Positions 1-7,927 of a stretch of 64,000 bases of DNA are shown one piece after another (position 1 is the stretch's first letter; the number at the start of each line of letters is the position of its first letter). The stretch is from a virus (Duplodnaviria > Caudoviricetes). A program made the position numbers and the translations under genes. The notes under the pieces are model-generated. The model had not been told where the DNA came from, did not search any database, and saw only the letters and a program-made list of their open reading frames with translations. Location of the stretch: IMG/VR virus record IMGVR_UViG_3300013936_000011, positions 1-64,000 of that record; one strand, given 5' to 3'.

Positions 1-93
1 TACTATCGTTCCGCTAGGCTTAATGCTAGTAATAGTACTACCGTTATCGCCCAATATATTTATATCATGTGGTGTACAGTTTAGTATCTTCAT
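1..93 (-). CDS. 5' part of a phage hypothetical protein (MKILNCTPHDINILG...), continues off the left edge
   Basis: ATG at 93-91 with AGGAG SD at 107-103; open frame to the window edge; N-terminal NxTPHxI pattern seen in small phage proteins. Confidence 0.7.
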   Translation of the reverse strand, partial: MKILNCTPHDINILGDNGSTITSIKPSGTIV

Positions 94-981
94 TTTATTC
101 GTCTCCTTTCTTTTGTGGCGATGAGCGTAAATTATTCATAATTTCGCGAATGCCACGTCCCCATCCCGAAGGGATTACCTTAATTATTTTTACTAAAAAC
201 GTAATATAAAGCAAATATACTAGGTAACATATTTATTAACTCAATATTTAAATAAAAGAAGCAATAAATCACAAAATCGTATACTTATATAGTAGTTATA
301 TCTCACTTACATAATACTATAGTACAGATAATATATAAAGATAATATTATACCATATATATACAGAAATGGTATTACTTGACATATAAGTACAGTATACT
401 TATACACATATACACAGTAGTCTTGTGCATAACATAGACACAAATATGTGTACATAATATAGTGTTCATATAATGTAGATATCATTGAAATACAAATAGA
501 ATTCAGTAACGACAGTACGTCCCCGAAGGGGTGTTATTAAGCGTATATGTACAGGCTTACGTATAGTTTACTTGGCATATTTTATCGCTTACTTGACATG
601 CTACTTACACGTAAATACTCGTTACAGTTCGTAGAAAGCACATGATACAGGTCAGTAGAATCCGTAGTTCAGTTCATTAAAATTACTGCTTTAGTTTCAT
701 TAAAATACGTACTTCAGATCATTAAAATCTGTACGGAGACTACCTCCTGCCGTTTATCGTTATCATTTTTACTTGGATTTGCCAAAACGACACTGTAATA
801 TGCGTTTAACCCCGCCTTTTTTACTTATTTGCGCCGATTTTTGCATAAACCTGAGTTTTCTACTCAGAATTCTACTGTTTCCAATGATTGCAGATCAAAT
901 GAGTACTGTTGATACTTCATTATGATCTTCCGTGCCGACAGGCGACCGATTAACTCCTCGCTAGCGCTCGTCGTTAATAAT

Positions 982-1004
982 GCTCGCTCGCTTCGCTCGC
1001 TCGC
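982..1004 (-). other. GCGAAGC-core DNA hairpin extended by tandem G.A mismatches (GCGAGCGAGC-GAA-GCGAGCGAGC)
   Basis: Read directly on the minus strand; a smaller sister CGAGC-GCTA-GCGAG lies at 957-970. Confidence 0.55.
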
Positions 1005-1182
1005 GCGTTATTCAGATGTATATACTATTCAGATAATTCCCTTTACAGTTTGTTGTATGTACTATATATGTGAGAGCATTAACTGTAAAGCTAAGCGCTA
1101 TTCAGAGCGCGCACATGTAAATTCGTAAGCGACAGCTTTTTATAAGCACGAGAGACATAAAGCCTCCCGTACTGTTATGTAA

Positions 1183-1347
1183 TTATGCAAATGCTTTGAT
1201 GTTTTCTATGTCAATTTCATATTCTACGTCCTTTAATGCTTCTTCAAGTCTTTCTAGTCTACTATTAGCTTCACCTTTAACGTATGCTTCTTTTATTAAG
1301 TTTTCTAAGAACATTCTCTTTACAAATAATGATTCTAATTTTTTCAT
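1183..1347 (-). CDS. Hypothetical protein, 54 aa (MKKLESLFVKRMFLENLIKEAY...), not in the ORF track
   Basis: ATG 1347, AGGGGG SD at 1360-1355, TAA at 1185-1183, hairpin element upstream and terminator-like stem at about 1146-1172. Confidence 0.75.
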   Translation of the reverse strand: MKKLESLFVKRMFLENLIKEAYVKGEANSRLERLEEALKDVEYEIDIENIKAFA

Positions 1348-1378
1348 ATCAAATCCCCCTGGTAAAAATAATATTATT

Positions 1379-1413
1379 CACAAAAATGTAAAGTATTGAT
1401 GCGCGACAGCGCA
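1379..1413 (-). promoter_or_regulatory. Hairpin element, full copy (candidate phage RNAP promoter)
   Basis: + strand CACAAAAATGTAAAGTATTGA-TGCGC-GACA-GCGCA, upstream of gene 1183-1347; a short copy ATTCCAT-AGC-GACA-GCT follows at 1417-1433. Confidence 0.7.
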
Positions 1414-1437
1414 CACATTCCATAGCGACAGCTTTTT

Positions 1438-1470
1438 AAAAAAAGAGAGTAGGCCTAAGCCCACTCCCTT
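1438..1470 (-). terminator. Intrinsic terminator
   Basis: Minus strand AAGGGAGTGGGC-TTAG-GCCTACTCTCTT then a T-run, just after the stop of 1477-1989. Confidence 0.75.
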
Positions 1471-1476
1471 GTCTGA

Positions 1477-1989
1477 CTATTCTAATACAAAGCTATCAGG
1501 TGCAGAAGCTCTTTGTACTGGACATATCTTGTCCATAGCTTCCCATGTTCTAGCAAGTATCTTTTGTAGTCTTTCAGAACCATATCTTCTACCTTCATAT
1601 TCTCTAGGTCTTACAGAATAACTAGATAGTACAGATACTCTATCACCAAGTTGTTCACATATGCTATGTATAACTTTGATGTTTTCTAAGAATTCAGGTT
1701 CTAATACTTTATCACCTGCTTTAGTTTTGCCAGTATCTAACCATATTTGTCTATTTTCTGCTTTGTCGATACCTATCATACTTCTGTTTAATATGAAGAT
1801 ATATTTTTTATCTGTGTCAGCTTCTTCAGCAACTTTTTCTAATTGTGATGCTAATAGATATGTCATGTAACCTCTTATGTCTTCTACATTAGAGTATTTT
1901 TTACATTTACCTGTTTCAGTATTAGATACAAGTACTATGTCTTTTCTGTTAACCATACACATTATAGTTTCTTTTGAATATTTAGCCAT
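1477..1989 (-). CDS. Hypothetical protein, 170 aa; paralogue of the N-terminal domain of 5355-6176
   Basis: ORF with AGAGG SD; by-eye alignment to the 273-aa protein. Confidence 0.85.
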   Translation of the reverse strand: MAKYSKETIMCMVNRKDIVLVSNTETGKCKKYSNVEDIRGYMTYLLASQLEKVAEEADTDKKYIFILNRSMIGIDKAENRQIWLDTGKTKAGDKVLEPEFLENIKVIHSICEQLGDRVSVLSSYSVRPREYEGRRYGSERLQKILARTWEAMDKICPVQRASAPDSFVLE

Positions 1990-2074
1990 TTTTATACCTC
2001 TTTCTGTGCATTATGCACATTGCATGCTCGACGACATGCTACCAATTAATTATTATATGGAGGGGTTAACCTCT

Positions 2075-2110
2075 CACAAAAATGTAAAGTCTTCGTGCGC
2101 GACAGCGCAT
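2075..2110 (-). promoter_or_regulatory. Hairpin element, full copy
   Basis: CACAAAAATGTAAAGTCTTC-GTGCGC-GACA-GCGCAT upstream of 1477-1989. Confidence 0.7.
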
Positions 2111-2180
2111 ATACAAATTAACAAGGACCAGAGTGTACATGTACAATGCTCCAGTCCTTATTACTATTTATATGTTACTT

Positions 2181-2975
2181 CTATAAGCTTCTAGACATGA
2201 TAGAAGTTTGTTTCTTGTCACCATGGATTAGTCTTTTAAAACCTGCAACTGCTCTTTTAGCTGGTTCGTATTCTGTAAACTCTTCACGAGTTATATTACT
2301 AAATACTTCGTCAGCAAAAGTAGCACCAGCTTTATATGTAGCTTTAACTGCAGTAGAAGTAGTTAAACCAGCATATTTACCAGCACATTCAGCTAGAGGA
2401 GTTACGATATCATTAGCTACTATCTTAGCACTAGAATAACCAGTAGTAGTAGCAGATTGAACTAGCTTTTTAGTTTTAAGACCAACTGATTTCATAGAAG
2501 TAGTTCTATTTAAAAGTTTTATTTGGTCTTCTGTTAAACCAACTGCTAATAATGATATCTTGCAGAAAGTGAACATACCAGGAGCTACTGGTTTCATAGA
2601 TACATGAACATCATATACACCAGCTGATTTAAAAACGTCGTCTACGATTTCTTTAGCTCTTGCTTCATTTTCTACAGTGATTTCGAAGCTACCAAGTAAT
2701 AACTCACTATTACCATCAAGTACTTCGAAGTTTTGAGTCATTGCTTCATCAGCATAAATGTTTTCAAGTAAACCATCAGCTTTTCTGTTATAAAGTAAAG
2801 CTTCGATGATTCTAGCTTGGTTAAAAGTTAAAGATTCTAAGTCATATTTAATTAATTTATTTGGGTCATTATCTAAAACTTCTACACCTTCAAGTTCTTC
2901 ACCTAATACAGGTTTGAAAACATTATCTAGTATTTCTTGCATTGTGTTGATATTACCAATCATAATTCTTAACAT
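2181..2975 (-). CDS. Hypothetical protein, 264 aa
   Basis: Long ORF, GGAGG SD, stem-loop downstream at 2123-2159. Confidence 0.85.
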   Translation of the reverse strand: MLRIMIGNINTMQEILDNVFKPVLGEELEGVEVLDNDPNKLIKYDLESLTFNQARIIEALLYNRKADGLLENIYADEAMTQNFEVLDGNSELLLGSFEITVENEARAKEIVDDVFKSAGVYDVHVSMKPVAPGMFTFCKISLLAVGLTEDQIKLLNRTTSMKSVGLKTKKLVQSATTTGYSSAKIVANDIVTPLAECAGKYAGLTTSTAVKATYKAGATFADEVFSNITREEFTEYEPAKRAVAGFKRLIHGDKKQTSIMSRSL

Positions 2976-3012
2976 AAAAAATTACCTCCTAAAATATATA
3001 AAAATTTTATTA

Positions 3013-3126
3013 CACAAAACTGTTGAGTCTTCGTGTACGACAGTACACAGTATTCAGCCCCGACAGGGGCTACTTGAGAGCAACTATTCAGAAGTAGTCC
3101 TCTAATGAATTCGAGCCCGACAGGGC
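3013..3126 (-). promoter_or_regulatory. Cluster of three hairpin elements (one full, two short)
   Basis: CACAAAACTGTTGAGTCTTC-GTGTAC-GACA-GTACAC (3013-3048); GTATTC-AGCCCC-GACA-GGGGCT (3050-3071); ATTCGA-GCCC-GACA-GGGC (3109-3126). Confidence 0.7.
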
Positions 3127-3134
3127 GGGGGGTT

Positions 3135-3296
3135 CTATAGTAGAATAGAATTGATTTCTACCATAGAACATTTCACTTCAAGAGACCAACCTGCTGGTGT
3201 CTTTCTGATAATATTTCTTATGCCTTTTCTACTAAGGGCGATAGCTACGCCCTTTAAAGATTCAAAACTTTCAGAAAATAAATAGTTACTGTACAT
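3135..3296 (-). CDS. Hypothetical protein, 53 aa (MYSNYLFSESFESLKGVAIALSRKG...), not in the ORF track
   Basis: ATG 3296 with AGGGGG SD; TAG at 3137-3135; directly follows 3318-3503. Confidence 0.6.
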   Translation of the reverse strand: MYSNYLFSESFESLKGVAIALSRKGIRNIIRKTPAGWSLEVKCSMVEINSILL

Positions 3297-3317
3297 AATA
3301 CTTCCCCCTTTATAGTA

Positions 3318-3503
3318 TTAGTTTAAAGCTTTCAATTCGCCTTCTTCATCTATTATGTAACCAAGATCACGAAGACGTTTTTCAGTTCTTTTGATTACTG
3401 ATTTGCATTTCTTTCTGAATTCTTCACTATAGTTGTCAGGATTAAGAATCATATCTGATTCCAAATCTATTATATTATTGTACATATCAAGTATTTCACT
3501 CAT
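3318..3503 (-). CDS. Hypothetical protein, 61 aa
   Basis: ORF with AGGAGG SD. Confidence 0.75.
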   Translation of the reverse strand: MSEILDMYNNIIDLESDMILNPDNYSEEFRKKCKSVIKRTEKRLRDLGYIIDEEGELKALN

Positions 3504-3538
3504 TATAATAGCCTCCTTTCAAATAAAAAAAGGAGTGC

Positions 3539-3799
3539 TTAAATGCACTCCTTGTAATAATGCATACAATCTTTTACAAGATCATATACATTAGTTATAT
3601 GGCTTAAGTAAAATATCTTTTCTGTCTTGAAATCTTTAGGGTCTTGCATAGACTCAAAGAATTCATATTTATCTGATTCATCTGGAATAATGATAGACGG
3701 TTCACCATTGTCTTTAACAGTGTAAAAACAGATGAATTTATCATCTACATCTACTGCTCTAGTTCCAAGGGAATCAACACTAACAATAACTTGTTTCAT
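3539..3799 (-). CDS. Hypothetical protein, 86 aa
   Basis: ORF with GGAGG SD and upstream hairpin element. Confidence 0.8.
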   Translation of the reverse strand: MKQVIVSVDSLGTRAVDVDDKFICFYTVKDNGEPSIIIPDESDKYEFFESMQDPKDFKTEKIFYLSHITNVYDLVKDCMHYYKECI

Positions 3800-3829
3800 A
3801 ACAATACCTCCAGTAAATAATATTTATTT

Positions 3830-3863
3830 CACAAAACTGTATTGTATTCGCGTGCGACAGCAC
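3830..3863 (-). promoter_or_regulatory. Hairpin element, full copy
   Basis: CACAAAACTGTATTGTATTCGC-GTGC-GACA-GCAC upstream of 3539-3799. Confidence 0.7.
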
Positions 3864-3871
3864 ATAATAAT

Positions 3872-3912
3872 AATGGAAGAGAGCTTTTAAGGGATAAACT
3901 CTCTAGAACCCA
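3872..3912 (-). ncRNA. Repeated structured element, type A, copy 1 (possible pseudoknot at an mRNA 3' end)
   Basis: Minus strand TGGGTTCTAGAGAGTTTATCCCTTAAAAGCTCTCTTCCATT; related copy at 4648-4683. Confidence 0.4.
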
Positions 3913-3918
3913 TGTTGT

Positions 3919-4230
3919 CTATAAAATGTTAACTTTTAAAAATGTCATCTTAAATCCGTCAGGTAGTTTAGTAGCACCCGCAGGTAATCTACCTCCTACT
4001 ACTTGTGCAACAATCAAAGTGTCATGTGGTGTTAAACTGACAGAAACACGGTTGCAAGCAACGTCTTTACCAAGCATATCTGATAGTACAGCAGCTGTAT
4101 CAGGATGTCCTACTACAGATACAAAACCTGCAGTTTTAACGTCGTCTATAGATATTGGTTTGATAGAAACAGTGTGTGCAACAGTACAGTCTAACATTTG
4201 AAGTGAAAAAGCATTACCTAAATATAACAT
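3919..4230 (-). CDS. DUF1874 / STIV B116-like (YddF-like) protein
   Basis: Family pattern recognised: YLxNAFSLQML...SVVGHPDTA...NRVSVSL...LIVAQ..GGRLPxG; GGAGG SD. Confidence 0.8.
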   Translation of the reverse strand: MLYLGNAFSLQMLDCTVAHTVSIKPISIDDVKTAGFVSVVGHPDTAAVLSDMLGKDVACNRVSVSLTPHDTLIVAQVVGGRLPAGATKLPDGFKMTFLKVNIL

Positions 4231-4277
4231 ATAAATACCTCCTTGCCATTTAAGGCTAATATAACATTAAAATAACG

Positions 4278-4303
4278 AAGCAGTTTAACGACATGCTTAG
4301 GTC
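4278..4303 (-). ncRNA. Repeated structured element, type B, copy 1 (compact pseudoknot candidate)
   Basis: Minus strand GAC-CTAAGCAT-GTC-GTTAAAC-TGCTT; related copy at 13059-13085. Confidence 0.45.
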
Positions 4304-4311
4304 ACAATGAT

Positions 4312-4578
4312 TTATATATATTGATCTTCTTCTTCGTCACTTACGATTTCTCTATTTTTATAGCAGTATCTCATCATATCAGATAAAATACATTCGTCTT
4401 TACAAGTTGATAAGTTTAAGCAGAATAAAACTTCAAATACCATACAGTTCCAACCATATGTTTTTTGACATGCTATTCTAGCTTCTTCAGTTGTTTCTGC
4501 AGATACAATAAATTCTGCAAATTGTACACCATTATTGTGACTAGTTAAGTATTTAGCTCTAACAAAATATTTATTCAT
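4312..4578 (-). CDS. Hypothetical protein, 88 aa
   Basis: ORF with GGAGG SD. Confidence 0.8.
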   Translation of the reverse strand: MNKYFVRAKYLTSHNNGVQFAEFIVSAETTEEARIACQKTYGWNCMVFEVLFCLNLSTCKDECILSDMMRYCYKNREIVSDEEEDQYI

Positions 4579-4607
4579 AATAAAACCTCCTAATAAATAA
4601 TAATATA

Positions 4608-4643
4608 CACAATATTGTTAAGTATTCGAGCCCGACAGGGCTT
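4608..4643 (-). promoter_or_regulatory. Hairpin element, full copy
   Basis: CACAATATTGTTAAGTATTC-GAGCCC-GACA-GGGCTT upstream of 4312-4578. Confidence 0.7.
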
Positions 4644-4647
4644 ATTG

Positions 4648-4683
4648 AATGGTAGGAGCTTTAAGGGTAAACTCCTGAACCCA
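4648..4683 (-). ncRNA. Repeated structured element, type A, copy 2
   Basis: Minus strand TGGGTTCAGGAGTTTACCCTTAAAGCTCCTACCATT. Confidence 0.4.
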
Positions 4684-4720
4684 CACATTATTACCATCAT
4701 GTGTGAGGATGGTCTTGTTT

Positions 4721-5251
4721 CTAGTATTCAGACATTTGTCCAGTTGGACAATTATCATAATCTTCACATTGATGACAGCTGCCACCTATACAGTGACCGT
4801 CTACAGAAGGTCTAATTTCATCAGACATGACTGGTTCTTCTTTAGTGTCTGGTCTAACTGTAAAGTCTTTTAAAAGCATATCGTCATAAGCTTTTTTGAA
4901 TCTAGCTACATAATATTGAACAGATTCAAAGAATCTTTTAGTCCATGTATTATGTAATAAGAACACTTTAGAAGCTTTAGCGTATACTTTAATTAATACA
5001 GAATTCCATTCACCTTTCATAGTCATGTAAGCTCTGTTTAAATCAACTGCGGCGTCTTTTGTTTCGTCAAGAATGAATCCAGATCTTAGACAAGCTTCAA
5101 TTATGTATTCTTCTTTTATTTCTGTTTTTTCTTTTAAACTAGTTCTAATGTCATTTAATACTTTAACGTCTTCAGAATCACATAATACTTCCATTTTATC
5201 TAATAATTCATTGATACTCATTCTTTCTTTTTCAGTTAATAATATTTTCAT
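4721..5251 (-). CDS. Hypothetical protein, 176 aa, with C-terminal Cys cluster (CxxxxCxxCxxxxxC)
   Basis: ORF with GGAGG SD. Confidence 0.8.
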   Translation of the reverse strand: MKILLTEKERMSINELLDKMEVLCDSEDVKVLNDIRTSLKEKTEIKEEYIIEACLRSGFILDETKDAAVDLNRAYMTMKGEWNSVLIKVYAKASKVFLLHNTWTKRFFESVQYYVARFKKAYDDMLLKDFTVRPDTKEEPVMSDEIRPSVDGHCIGGSCHQCEDYDNCPTGQMSEY

Positions 5252-5310
5252 AATAATACCTCCGATTTAATAATAATATAGGAGAGAAGACTACTAACTA
5301 GCAATCTCCT

Positions 5311-5346
5311 CACAAAATTGTTTAGTATTCGTGTCTGACAAGACAC
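5311..5346 (-). promoter_or_regulatory. Hairpin element, full copy (T-A closing pair)
   Basis: CACAAAATTGTTTAGTATTC-GTGTCT-GACA-AGACAC upstream of 4721-5251. Confidence 0.7.
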
Positions 5347-5354
5347 ACTGCTTT

Positions 5355-6176
5355 CTAGAATGGAATTTGATCGTCAAAACCAGCAAATGGATCTTCACCA
5401 GAATCATCAAAGTCATCTGTGAAATCATCTGCATTAAAGTCTACCACTTCAGATTCTATTACTTGTGATTGTACAGGTTGAGATTTAGGAGCTAAAGTAG
5501 ATACAGGTTGTTCTATAACTGGTTCAACAATTGGTTGTTCAGGTTGTGCTACTGGTTGTTGTTGAACTGGTGCTGGATTATTACCCATAATACCTGCTAA
5601 TGCTTGTGCTACTGCATTTTGTATCATAGCATTAACTTGTTCTTGAGTAAACCCTTGTACAGGTTGAGATGCAGGTTGAGATTGAGTTTGACTATCTTCA
5701 ACTTGTACTTTATATAACACATCTAAAGCTCTTTGTTTAATCTTGACCATTTCTTCATCGACACTAGCTAAAGATAAACTATATATATTCACATTGAAGT
5801 TTCTGTCATTATATGCTTTAACTACATGTTTCATTTTATCTAGCATATATACAGGTATAATATCACCAGAACCAACGAATTTTTGTGTTCTGATATATTG
5901 TCTGAATGATGCACCGAATACACCTTTAATACAGTTAGGTATACCGATATCGATAACAAGTTCAGATATTGTGTCATTAGTAGGACATTTTTCTAATATG
6001 TAATCTAACGCTTCAAGTGAATTCATAATAGCATTTTTATTGTGATTAGAAAATCTTCTGAATTTATGCTCATCAGACATTAGTATTGCTATACCATTAC
6101 CTGCTACAAGAGCATATCTCTTTCTGTTACTATCTAAAGTAACACTTGATTTTTTATTGTTGTTGTAAGTAGCCAT
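5355..6176 (-). CDS. 273-aa protein with Gln/Pro linker and SSB-like acidic C-terminal tail (...DPFAGFDDQIPF)
   Basis: ORF with GGAGG SD; C-terminus matches the DDxPF tail of bacterial SSBs. Confidence 0.8.
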   Translation of the reverse strand: MATYNNNKKSSVTLDSNRKRYALVAGNGIAILMSDEHKFRRFSNHNKNAIMNSLEALDYILEKCPTNDTISELVIDIGIPNCIKGVFGASFRQYIRTQKFVGSGDIIPVYMLDKMKHVVKAYNDRNFNVNIYSLSLASVDEEMVKIKQRALDVLYKVQVEDSQTQSQPASQPVQGFTQEQVNAMIQNAVAQALAGIMGNNPAPVQQQPVAQPEQPIVEPVIEQPVSTLAPKSQPVQSQVIESEVVDFNADDFTDDFDDSGEDPFAGFDDQIPF

Positions 6177-6223
6177 AATAAGTACCTCCTAAAAAATAAA
6201 AATAACAGGTTACAAAAAACCTT

Positions 6224-6260
6224 CACAAAACTGTAAAGTATTCATGTGCGACAGCACATG
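6224..6260 (-). promoter_or_regulatory. Hairpin element, full copy
   Basis: CACAAAACTGTAAAGTATT-CATGTGC-GACA-GCACATG upstream of 5355-6176; a degenerate copy lies at 6350-6383. Confidence 0.7.
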
Positions 6261-6387
6261 CCCCTAGTGAGAGCCAATATTCAGTAACGGCCCCGCAGGG
6301 GAGTAATCACAAAAATGTACTACTGATATTATGATTACATATAATACTTCACAATACAGTTAAGTATTCCTCATACGACAGTACATA

Positions 6388-6414
6388 TAGAATAGAGCCC
6401 GAAGGCTCATTCTA
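6388..6414 (-). terminator. Terminator-like stem with a cUUCGg loop
   Basis: Minus strand TAGAATGAGCC-TTCG-GGCTCTATTCTA overlapping the stop of 6412-6951. Confidence 0.55.
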
Positions 6415-6951
6415 TTGCATGATTTCAAAAGGAGAAATGTAGAATTTCTTTCTCTTGTAATCTGCGTATGTAACTGTGCGCAACTGCCAGTATATCTTGA
6501 TACGTGGCTTTGAATCTGGTATTGTATACCAGATGTATTTAACTCTGTTGCGCCAGTAAGGTTCAGTTCGATATTCTTGTCCTCTTTCAAGGTAATATCG
6601 AACTCCTTGAGGAACTTGCGATAAATCGTATTCAATGTAAGCGCCGTAATCTCCGATTACTAGTCGCTCAAATGAAGTAGCGATTAACTTGCCATCATGT
6701 GTGTATAATGGCTTACTAGGATCTAGATGTAGCATATCAGTGTATTCTTTGTAAATAGCTCTGATTTGCTCACTTTTCCCAGAAGCTAGCTTTTTGTAAT
6801 TTTTCGGATTCTCAAAGTCAAAGTTAAATTCATCTTTGAGTCTGTAAATCATATCTCGCTTAATGCAAGATATTTTTTGAGAGTCCGTAGCAGGGCAAGG
6901 AGTAGGGCAATCATAGTTGAAGCATTCCTCGCAAATTCTTATATCGATCAT
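6412..6951 (-). CDS. Hypothetical protein, about 179 aa, N-terminal Cys cluster
   Basis: Track ORF 6412-6960; GGAGG at 6964-6960 favours the ATG at 6951. Confidence 0.8.
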   Translation of the reverse strand: MIDIRICEECFNYDCPTPCPATDSQKISCIKRDMIYRLKDEFNFDFENPKNYKKLASGKSEQIRAIYKEYTDMLHLDPSKPLYTHDGKLIATSFERLVIGDYGAYIEYDLSQVPQGVRYYLERGQEYRTEPYWRNRVKYIWYTIPDSKPRIKIYWQLRTVTYADYKRKKFYISPFEIMQ

Positions 6952-6982
6952 AAAAGACACCTCCGAATAAAAGAATAAATTT

Positions 6983-7017
6983 CACATAACTGTATAGTAT
7001 TCCCACGCGACAGCGTG
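6983..7017 (-). promoter_or_regulatory. Hairpin element, full copy
   Basis: CACATAACTGTATAGTATTCC-CACGC-GACA-GCGTG upstream of 6412-6951. Confidence 0.7.
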
Positions 7018-7050
7018 AGAAATTAATACAGCTATAATAATAAATGCAGG

Positions 7051-7458
7051 CTAAATGCCTACATTTATTATTTTCTTATGATGGCTTTCTGCATATTTAA
7101 TACAGTTATAAGTACCGCCTTTTTTACTACCATCATAAGCAGTAACTACGAACTTGGAATTATCGACCATATAATGGTTTCTAATATCCAATTTCTTAGC
7201 GATACTATAATTGCCAGTATAGCCATCAACAGTGTCGACATATATAACTTTATCTGCTAATTTCAGCATACGGTTATATCTATCGACACTTTCAGCGTTC
7301 CAACGGCCTTCTTGACCTTTAAAAGGAACAGCTAAGATATTCTTTACAGGATAGCCTTTAGATTTGACATATTCAACTGCAAAGAAAGCAACAGTATCAA
7401 GTCCTAATGCACCACCAGTAATAAAATTATCTACACTATATTTAGTATGTAGATTAAA
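7051..7458 (-). pseudogene. SLOG family (YspA/DUF1273-like) frame lacking its N-terminus and start codon
   Basis: The frame of track ORF 7051-7269 stays open to 7458 and reads FITGGALGLDT...LAVPFKGQEGRW...RNHYMVDNS...YDGSKKGGTYNCIKYA; TAG at 7461-7459 immediately upstream. Confidence 0.7.
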
Positions 7459-7900
7459 CTAATTGATACATTTTATCATCTTTAACAGTTATCATACCAG
7501 GCATCCAGTAGATAAACTCTGTATTTTTAAATGTATCAATTAGTTTTTGAATAAGGCCTCTACGTTGTTTTGCTAGAAACACAAGTTGTAAATCGTTGAG
7601 ACTGTATTCATAGTTACTACCAAGGATACTACGTAGAGACTCAATTTGTTTTTGAGTACAGCCTCTACGATCACGAGTATCTTTGATAAATGAACATTGT
7701 ATATCGACAAATCTGTCATTAATGATGATATCACGAATGACTTTACCAATAATATAGTCTGTATTATCACGATTTCTATCATAGATATATACAGTTTTAT
7801 AATCGAATAATTTAGTAAAGTCACTATCATCTAATAATTCTGGATTTGCGACTAACACACCTTGATATTCAAACATTTTTTCTTCAAATACTCTAATCAT
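7454..7900 (-). CDS. Hypothetical protein, about 148 aa
   Basis: Track ORF 7454-7930; GGAGG at 7911-7907 favours the ATG at 7900. Confidence 0.75.
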   Translation of the reverse strand: MIRVFEEKMFEYQGVLVANPELLDDSDFTKLFDYKTVYIYDRNRDNTDYIIGKVIRDIIINDRFVDIQCSFIKDTRDRRGCTQKQIESLRSILGSNYEYSLNDLQLVFLAKQRRGLIQKLIDTFKNTEFIYWMPGMITVKDDKMYQLV

Positions 7901-7927
7901 AACGTACCTCCTATAAATATAAAAATT

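Noticed and set aside
303-1399. Track ORFs 303-485, 922-1128 and 1196-1399
   Set aside because: No SD, low-complexity or antisense to a better gene (1183-1347); 922-1128 overlaps the structured elements
3872-3912. preQ1-I riboswitch (GGUUCUAG...CCC...AAAA resemblance)
   Set aside because: No queuosine-related gene, located at a gene 3' end, and the second copy lacks the UUCUAG loop; kept only as an unnamed structured element
1399-7018. Using outer G.T pairs to prove which strand folds
   Set aside because: G.T occurs at 2095/2110 and 4628/4643 but C.A or A.C at 3851/3864, 7003/7018 and 1399/1414, so the strand argument rests only on loop identity
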